Virus record (IMG/VR): IMGVR_UViG_3300025889_000580 | Location: 1 to 31,294 of that record | Length of the DNA stretch: 31,294 nucleotides | Strand: one strand, 5' to 3' | Source of the DNA: a virus | Lineage: Duplodnaviria; Caudoviricetes | Shown: positions 25,910 through 31,294 of the stretch, in pieces | Numbering within the stretch: the stretch's first letter is position 1 | How the letters are laid out: every line of letters begins with the position of its first letter | Position numbers and translations under genes: made by a program | Notes under the pieces: model-generated | Told to the model about the DNA's origin: nothing | The model's input: the letters and a program-made list of their open reading frames with translations, nothing else | The model's database searches: none

Positions 25910-28906
25910 ATGGCTGAAGAACAAGTAATAGGACTGCGTATTAAACTTAACGGTATGGATACCGTTATACAAGACATTGATACTTTTGAGCAACTGTTAA
26001 AAGAAGCAAGGGAGGATTTAAGGCAAATACCCATTGGTAGTAATAACTTTAAGGAGTTATCAAAGGAAATTAAACAAGCCGAAGGGCAACTTGGTAAACT
26101 TACCAATGAACAAAAACAACTTAAAACAGAGTTTAAGGATTTTAGTCAAATTGGAACGGCAATAACCAGTGCCTTTGCTGGTGCCGCAGCAGCAATTAGT
26201 TTAATGGGTGGTGAGAGTGAGGAAGTAACCAAGGCACAAAAAATAGCATCACAAGCGTTAACAGTGGTGTTATCAGCACAAGCAATAGCACAAGTTAAAC
26301 TCGGGGGTCAAACTATCGCAACAACAATAGCACAAAGAGCACAAACAGCAGCCACAAACACAAGTAGTGCCGCACTACAAAGGTTATTCGCTATTATTGC
26401 GGCAAACCCCGTAGGAGCATTGATTGCGGCTATTGGTTTATTGGTTGTTGCCTTCCAAGCGTTTGGTAGTGAGTCAGAAGATTTAGAAGGGCAACAACAA
26501 AGATTAAATGCTGAATTAGAAAAAACTAAACAAGGGTTTGAGTCATTAGCAACAACAATAGATTTATATACGCAAGTTAAAGAAAAACAAATGCGTCAAG
26601 AAGGTAAGAGCGAGGAAGAGATTACCAAGTTCTTAAAGGCACAACTTAAACAAAGAACAGAAGCAAGGGAACAAGCATTATTTGACGAACTTGGTTTACA
26701 AACCCAAATAAATGAAAAAAGGTTACAAGCAGCAAAAGATGAAGGTAAAAGTGCTGATGAACTTATTGCTATTACCCTTGAGAACCGTAATAAAATAAGT
26801 GCCATAAACGCCCAAATAACAGCCAACAGACAACAACAAATTGCCAAAGAGTTAATGTTGGAGTTGGATTTAGAAAAAAAGCAACAAGAAGAAAAACTTA
26901 AAAACCAACAGATTTATAATGAAAAATTAAAAAAGGTTTTTAATGAGCGTGCTGCTTTACAACAAAAACTACTTGAAGATTTGGGTAACATAAATAACTT
27001 GGAAACACAACTCCAAGATGAAGCAATTAAAAGGGCTGAAAAATATTTACAAAGGTTACAAACAATACAATCAAAAAGAGCAACATTTTTTAAGTCAAAC
27101 ACCCAAACTTTTATTGAGGAGATAAATGAACTGTTGTTTGAAGCATTAAATGAAGATGACTTAAAAGAACTACAAAGTGCTTTAATAATTGGTTATGATA
27201 CAATTTTTACAACAATAACCAACGGCACCACCAAGTTATTAGACGAACAAGGTAAAGCCATTAGTTTTAGTTTTGATAACTTAAAAAATATTATTGATAG
27301 TAGTAATGTTGATGAGGATGTAAAAACAAAGTTTAATAACCTTAACCAAACCACACAAACATCACTATCACAATTTTTTACATTATTCGCACAAACGGCT
27401 GAAAGGTACAGTAAGGAGTTAACCATTGCTGATAAAATTATTACCATTGGTGATAAAGAAAAAATACAACAAAACCTTGTTGATTTAATAGAGGGAACAA
27501 GGGCAATATTTGCTAACAAAGATATATTACCAGGTGATAGGGAACTTGCTATTAAACAACTTATAAATGATATATTTACAATACCAGAAAAAACACAAAA
27601 AGATTTTATAACTGCGTTTGATACCACTGGTGAAGAAGGGTTTAAGAAATACCAAGAAGGGTTAGAACAAGTAAAACAAAACCTTATAGATTTTGCTTTA
27701 ACACAGAATAACGCCGCTGGTAGTGTTGAGGGGTTAAGTGACGCCTTAAAGGCGATTGTAGGACAAGTAACAGAGTTAAATACGGAACTGGCAACCACAA
27801 GCCAATTAACATCAGAACAGATTGATACCTTTACACAAAAGTTTGCGGTTAAAATAAAAAGTGATATAAGTTTATTGGATACCTTTATTAAAGATGTTAG
27901 TAAAAACACCCAACAGTATATTGACCGCTTTGGTAAAGAAGGTATTATACAAGTGTTAAATGGTTTAACAACTGGTTTGGGTGAAATAGAAGGTTTAACA
28001 AAAAAACAATTAGTTAGTTTGTTGGGTGAGTTAATGACCGCCAAAAGAAATATAGAAGATGAGTTTGGTGAAGGTACAGCGGAAGCGTTTGATAAACTAA
28101 TCAAAAGGATTAATGATAGGCTGGCTACACTACCAACAGCAGCAGATGAGAAGTTCCAAGAAACATTACAAAAACTTGAAAAAGGTTTACAAACCTTCCA
28201 ACAAACATTAGGGCAAATTGGTAGTTTAATTGGTGATGGTTTTTCTTTTCAGTTAGAAAAATTAGAGCAAGATTATTCCAAGGCGTTAGCGGGTGTTGTT
28301 GGTGATACAAAACAAGCAAATGATAAACGCTTGGAATTAGAAAAAGGTTACCAACAAGAAAAAAAGGCAATTGAGAAAAAAGCAAGGTTAACATCATTAA
28401 GGCTTACCTTGGCTGAAACCATTGCCAGTGGAGCACAAGCGGTTGTATCAGCCCTTAAAATACCACCACCAGCGGGACAAATACTTGCTGGTATAAACGC
28501 AACCATTACTGGTTTACAAGTTGGTTTAATAGCACAACAAATAGAACTGGCACAACAATTAAGAAGGGGTGGTAGAATACTTATGGCAAGTGGTGGTTTT
28601 AATGGTATAGTACAAGGTGCCAGCCATGAATATGGTGGTGTTAAACTACAAGGTGGTGGTATAGAAGTAGAAGGTAATGAAGCCATTATAAACCGTAGTT
28701 CCACAATTAAGTATGGTAGTTTGTTATCAACTATTAACCAAGCAGAAGGTGGAAGACCGATTATGGTTGGTTCGGCAATGGATAGTAGATTAATTGAAGT
28801 TTTGGCAAAACAAAAACAAGAACCAATTAGAGCGTATGTTGTAGAACAAGACATTACCAAATCACAACAAATAAACCGCAAGTTAGAACAACTGGCAAGT
28901 TTTTAA
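25910..28906 (+). CDS. Tape measure protein
   Basis: 998 aa, helical and A/Q/E/K-rich; ANPVGALIAAIG hydrophobic segment; C-terminal GASHEYGGV..EVEG.E and IRAYVV..DI motifs. Confidence 0.88.
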   Translation: MAEEQVIGLRIKLNGMDTVIQDIDTFEQLLKEAREDLRQIPIGSNNFKELSKEIKQAEGQLGKLTNEQKQLKTEFKDFSQIGTAITSAFAGAAAAISLMGGESEEVTKAQKIASQALTVVLSAQAIAQVKLGGQTIATTIAQRAQTAATNTSSAALQRLFAIIAANPVGALIAAIGLLVVAFQAFGSESEDLEGQQQRLNAELEKTKQGFESLATTIDLYTQVKEKQMRQEGKSEEEITKFLKAQLKQRTEAREQALFDELGLQTQINEKRLQAAKDEGKSADELIAITLENRNKISAINAQITANRQQQIAKELMLELDLEKKQQEEKLKNQQIYNEKLKKVFNERAALQQKLLEDLGNINNLETQLQDEAIKRAEKYLQRLQTIQSKRATFFKSNTQTFIEEINELLFEALNEDDLKELQSALIIGYDTIFTTITNGTTKLLDEQGKAISFSFDNLKNIIDSSNVDEDVKTKFNNLNQTTQTSLSQFFTLFAQTAERYSKELTIADKIITIGDKEKIQQNLVDLIEGTRAIFANKDILPGDRELAIKQLINDIFTIPEKTQKDFITAFDTTGEEGFKKYQEGLEQVKQNLIDFALTQNNAAGSVEGLSDALKAIVGQVTELNTELATTSQLTSEQIDTFTQKFAVKIKSDISLLDTFIKDVSKNTQQYIDRFGKEGIIQVLNGLTTGLGEIEGLTKKQLVSLLGELMTAKRNIEDEFGEGTAEAFDKLIKRINDRLATLPTAADEKFQETLQKLEKGLQTFQQTLGQIGSLIGDGFSFQLEKLEQDYSKALAGVVGDTKQANDKRLELEKGYQQEKKAIEKKARLTSLRLTLAETIASGAQAVVSALKIPPPAGQILAGINATITGLQVGLIAQQIELAQQLRRGGRILMASGGFNGIVQGASHEYGGVKLQGGGIEVEGNEAIINRSSTIKYGSLLSTINQAEGGRPIMVGSAMDSRLIEVLAKQKQEPIRAYVVEQDITKSQQINRKLEQLASF

Positions 28907-28913
28907 GTAAAGA

Positions 28914-28920
28914 TATTTAT
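28914..28920 (+). promoter_or_regulatory. TATTTAT putative late-promoter motif
   Basis: Lies 5 nt before the protease ATG. The same motif occurs at 1221, 3545, 12019, 12698 and 12867, each ahead of a gene or RNA-like unit. Confidence 0.5.
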
Positions 28921-28925
28921 AAAAA

Positions 28926-30857
28926 ATGTATAGAATAATAGATTTAGATATTGACGAGGCTTTATCGGCAGACACCAAAGTTGATGCGGTGGCTCTTGTG
29001 GAAATGCCCGCAATTGAAAAAGAGTTTGTTTATTTTAATGAGCAAAACTTCCAAGAACCAACATTTAGAGTTACACAAGAAATTAGTAATAACGCATGTA
29101 AAGCAAGAAGGTATAAACAAGATAACCCCAATACAACATGTGGAACTAATGTTGGATGGACGAGGAGTTCGCAATTGTGTGAGCGTAAACCAATTTCTTT
29201 GGATACAGTTAAACGCATGTATAGTTACTTATCAAGGCATAAGGTAGATTTAATAAGTTCCAAAAGTTATGATGATGGTTGTGGATTACTTATGTACGAT
29301 GCTTGGGGCGGTAAAGAAGCATTAGATTGGAGTAAAAGGGTTTTACAACAAAACAAGGCTTTTGATATAGATGTTGAAGCATTACCACCATACGCAAGTT
29401 ATGATACTGGTAATACTTTGGTACAAGATGTTGCCTTTATCCAAAAAGAACCTTACGAGAGGAAGGAAGATTATATTAGTAGATGTATTGCTTACCATAT
29501 ATCAAATAAAGGTATGGAACAAGACCAAGCCGCAGCAATTTGTTACCAACAAGCCGATGAGGCGTTTGGTTGTGGATGTAACCAAGAATACAAAGAGGAA
29601 GGTGACCCATGTTGGGAAGGTTACGAAATGATTGGTATGAAGATAGTTGATGGTAAAGAAGTACCCAACTGCGTGCCAGTTGAGGAGGCATTTAAGATTG
29701 TTGGTTACATTAGTGGTGTACCTTATTTCTTAAATCCAAATGACGCAATAAGTTATGGTATACAAAAGGTAAACTGTAAAGGTTACCACACACATAAAAC
29801 AGCAGACGGTACAGAGATTTATATGCCTTGTGAATCACACGATGATTTAAGTGATTGGAGCGAGGAAGATTTGGAAATGAAAGCATGTTTTGATGTATTG
29901 TTCGCTTCCAAAGATTTTGATTTTGGTAGAGTTACCAACGAACTGTTGGTTGGTTACACCATTGACGAAATTAAAAGGTTTAACCATAAAAACCCAACAA
30001 AGTATTACAAATACAAAAGGGTTTTAAGTGGTAGTCCCGATAGAGATTTTTGCGAACAATTGGAAGGTAGATTTTTCCGTAGAGGGCAAATATACGCTTT
30101 AGAACAATACAACACAGAGTTCGGGCATAACGGGCAACCATATTCCAAGTGGTTATATAAGGGAGGTCCACAATGTGTCCACGCTTGGGAACAATGGAGT
30201 GCTGTAAGAGACCAAATCCGTAATGATGGTATGGTGGAAGGTACCCCTGGTGTAGCACCACAACAAATGATTGGTAAAGGTTATTACCCTGGCACACCAA
30301 GATACGAAGCAAACCTATCAAGTGTTTGTACTGATAACTGTGATATACCGCAAGAACAACAACAGCAATATAAAAAGGCAACCTTTAAGTCCATTGAGGA
30401 AGAAAGGATGCTTTACTCTCCACTAATGATACCGAATATTTTAATACCCCGTATTGAAGATGGTGAACAATACTTTGTAAGGTTTACAAAAGAGGCTGTT
30501 GAAAGAATACAACGCAAGTTTATGATAGAACAAAGATTACGCTCAACTAATTTAGAACATAATAGTGATGATAGTTTTAATGATATGGTTATGGTAGAAA
30601 GTTGGTTGGTTAAAGGTAATAGCGATAAAGCATACAGTTTGGGTTATACACCAAATGATATACCAGAGGGTACTTGGATGGTTGGTTATAAAATACTTGA
30701 AACACCCGAAGGTGATAACATTTGGAATAATTATATAAAAACTGGTAAGGTAAAGGGGTTGTCAGCCGAAGGCGCATTTTTAATGAACTTTTCCCGACTA
30801 AAAACTGACGAATATTTATTAGAGGAAATAATAAATATATTAAACCAAATAAACTAA
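28926..30857 (+). CDS. Mosaic XkdF-like prohead protease, full length (643 aa)
   Basis: N-terminal AVALVE.PAIE..F..F and C-terminal XkdF core, separated by several inserted modules. Confidence 0.82.
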   Translation: MYRIIDLDIDEALSADTKVDAVALVEMPAIEKEFVYFNEQNFQEPTFRVTQEISNNACKARRYKQDNPNTTCGTNVGWTRSSQLCERKPISLDTVKRMYSYLSRHKVDLISSKSYDDGCGLLMYDAWGGKEALDWSKRVLQQNKAFDIDVEALPPYASYDTGNTLVQDVAFIQKEPYERKEDYISRCIAYHISNKGMEQDQAAAICYQQADEAFGCGCNQEYKEEGDPCWEGYEMIGMKIVDGKEVPNCVPVEEAFKIVGYISGVPYFLNPNDAISYGIQKVNCKGYHTHKTADGTEIYMPCESHDDLSDWSEEDLEMKACFDVLFASKDFDFGRVTNELLVGYTIDEIKRFNHKNPTKYYKYKRVLSGSPDRDFCEQLEGRFFRRGQIYALEQYNTEFGHNGQPYSKWLYKGGPQCVHAWEQWSAVRDQIRNDGMVEGTPGVAPQQMIGKGYYPGTPRYEANLSSVCTDNCDIPQEQQQQYKKATFKSIEEERMLYSPLMIPNILIPRIEDGEQYFVRFTKEAVERIQRKFMIEQRLRSTNLEHNSDDSFNDMVMVESWLVKGNSDKAYSLGYTPNDIPEGTWMVGYKILETPEGDNIWNNYIKTGKVKGLSAEGAFLMNFSRLKTDEYLLEEIINILNQIN

Positions 30858-31294
30858 AAACAATAATTATGACCGCAAAAGAAGCAGTAGAAAGAATCTC
30901 TCACTTACTTAATATTAAGTTTGGTAAGTCAGAGTCGTTCGCAACTACAAAGTTAGAAGACGGAACAGAGATTACAAACAACCTTGACGAAGAGTTCAAA
31001 ATTGGACAAGAGTTATATGTTGTTGGTGAATCTACTTTAACACCCGCACCCGCTGGCTCTCATACTACCCGTGAAGGTTTGGTTATTACAGTTGATGCTG
31101 AATCCATCATCATTGCCATGGAGGAAAAAACTACCGAGGCACCCGCAAATGAAGAAGGTGAAAGCGAAACTGAAACCAAAACCGAAGAAGCAATGGCAGA
31201 AGTAGAAATTGAAGTTGGTGAAGATGAAGAAGAAGAAAAACCAATGGATGTGATTGACGAAGAAGTTGTTAAAGCACTTGTAGAAGCCTTAGCA
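29593..31294 (+). repeat. Diverged terminal direct repeat, copy 2
   Basis: aagaggaaggtgacccatg at 29593 matches position 1. The stop at 30857 corresponds to the stop at 1265. Confidence 0.97.
30869..31294 (+). CDS. Scaffolding protein, second allele, 3'-truncated by the window end
   Basis: Starts MTAKEAVERISHLL and matches the 1277 ORF, with VEA changed to SES and one extra acidic codon. Confidence 0.85.
   Translation, partial: MTAKEAVERISHLLNIKFGKSESFATTKLEDGTEITNNLDEEFKIGQELYVVGESTLTPAPAGSHTTREGLVITVDAESIIIAMEEKTTEAPANEEGESETETKTEEAMAEVEIEVGEDEEEEKPMDVIDEEVVKALVEALA

Larger units (their letters stand above)
1..31294. mobile_element. Complete or near-complete tailed phage genome (Caudoviricetes, siphovirus-like, probable Bacteroidota host), unit length about 29.6 kb
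   Basis: TerL, portal, protease, capsid, tail tube and tape measure are all present. The window end repeats the start at offset 29592. No host genes are seen. Confidence 0.93.

Noticed and set aside
27193-28881. Long antisense ORFs (303 aa and 177 aa) inside the tape measure gene
   Set aside because: Shadow frames produced by codon bias of the + strand gene; S/L/F-rich with no motifs.

Overview
This is an essentially complete, AT-rich tailed dsDNA phage genome of about 29.6 kb, siphovirus-like and probably infecting Bacteroidota (A-rich leaders without Shine-Dalgarno sites, a TAnnTTTG promoter, Flavobacterium-phage-type head and tail genes). Positions 1-1699 recur as a diverged copy at 29593-31294, so the unit length is about 29,592 bp. 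The + strand carries a mosaic XkdF-like prohead protease, scaffold, major capsid, tail tube, holin-like and adhesin genes, portal and head adaptor. A short - strand cluster of small early genes follows (9.4-12 kb). Next come a divergent pair of paralogous Zn-finger-like genes flanking a ~220-nt structured non-coding element, a packaging and DNA-modification locus (TerS, ParB-N, P-loop kinase, TET/JBP dioxygenase, second TerS, amino-MTase, TerL), a -1 frameshifted tail chaperone, tail genes carrying PT-linked accessory domains, and the tape measure. I recognised no polymerase, primase, helicase, Rep, integrase, sigma factor or endolysin. The best leads are the paralog/structured-element locus, the TET-kinase-ParB cassette lacking a C5-MTase, and possible dependence on a helper phage. 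All family calls come from motif recognition by eye, not database searches.
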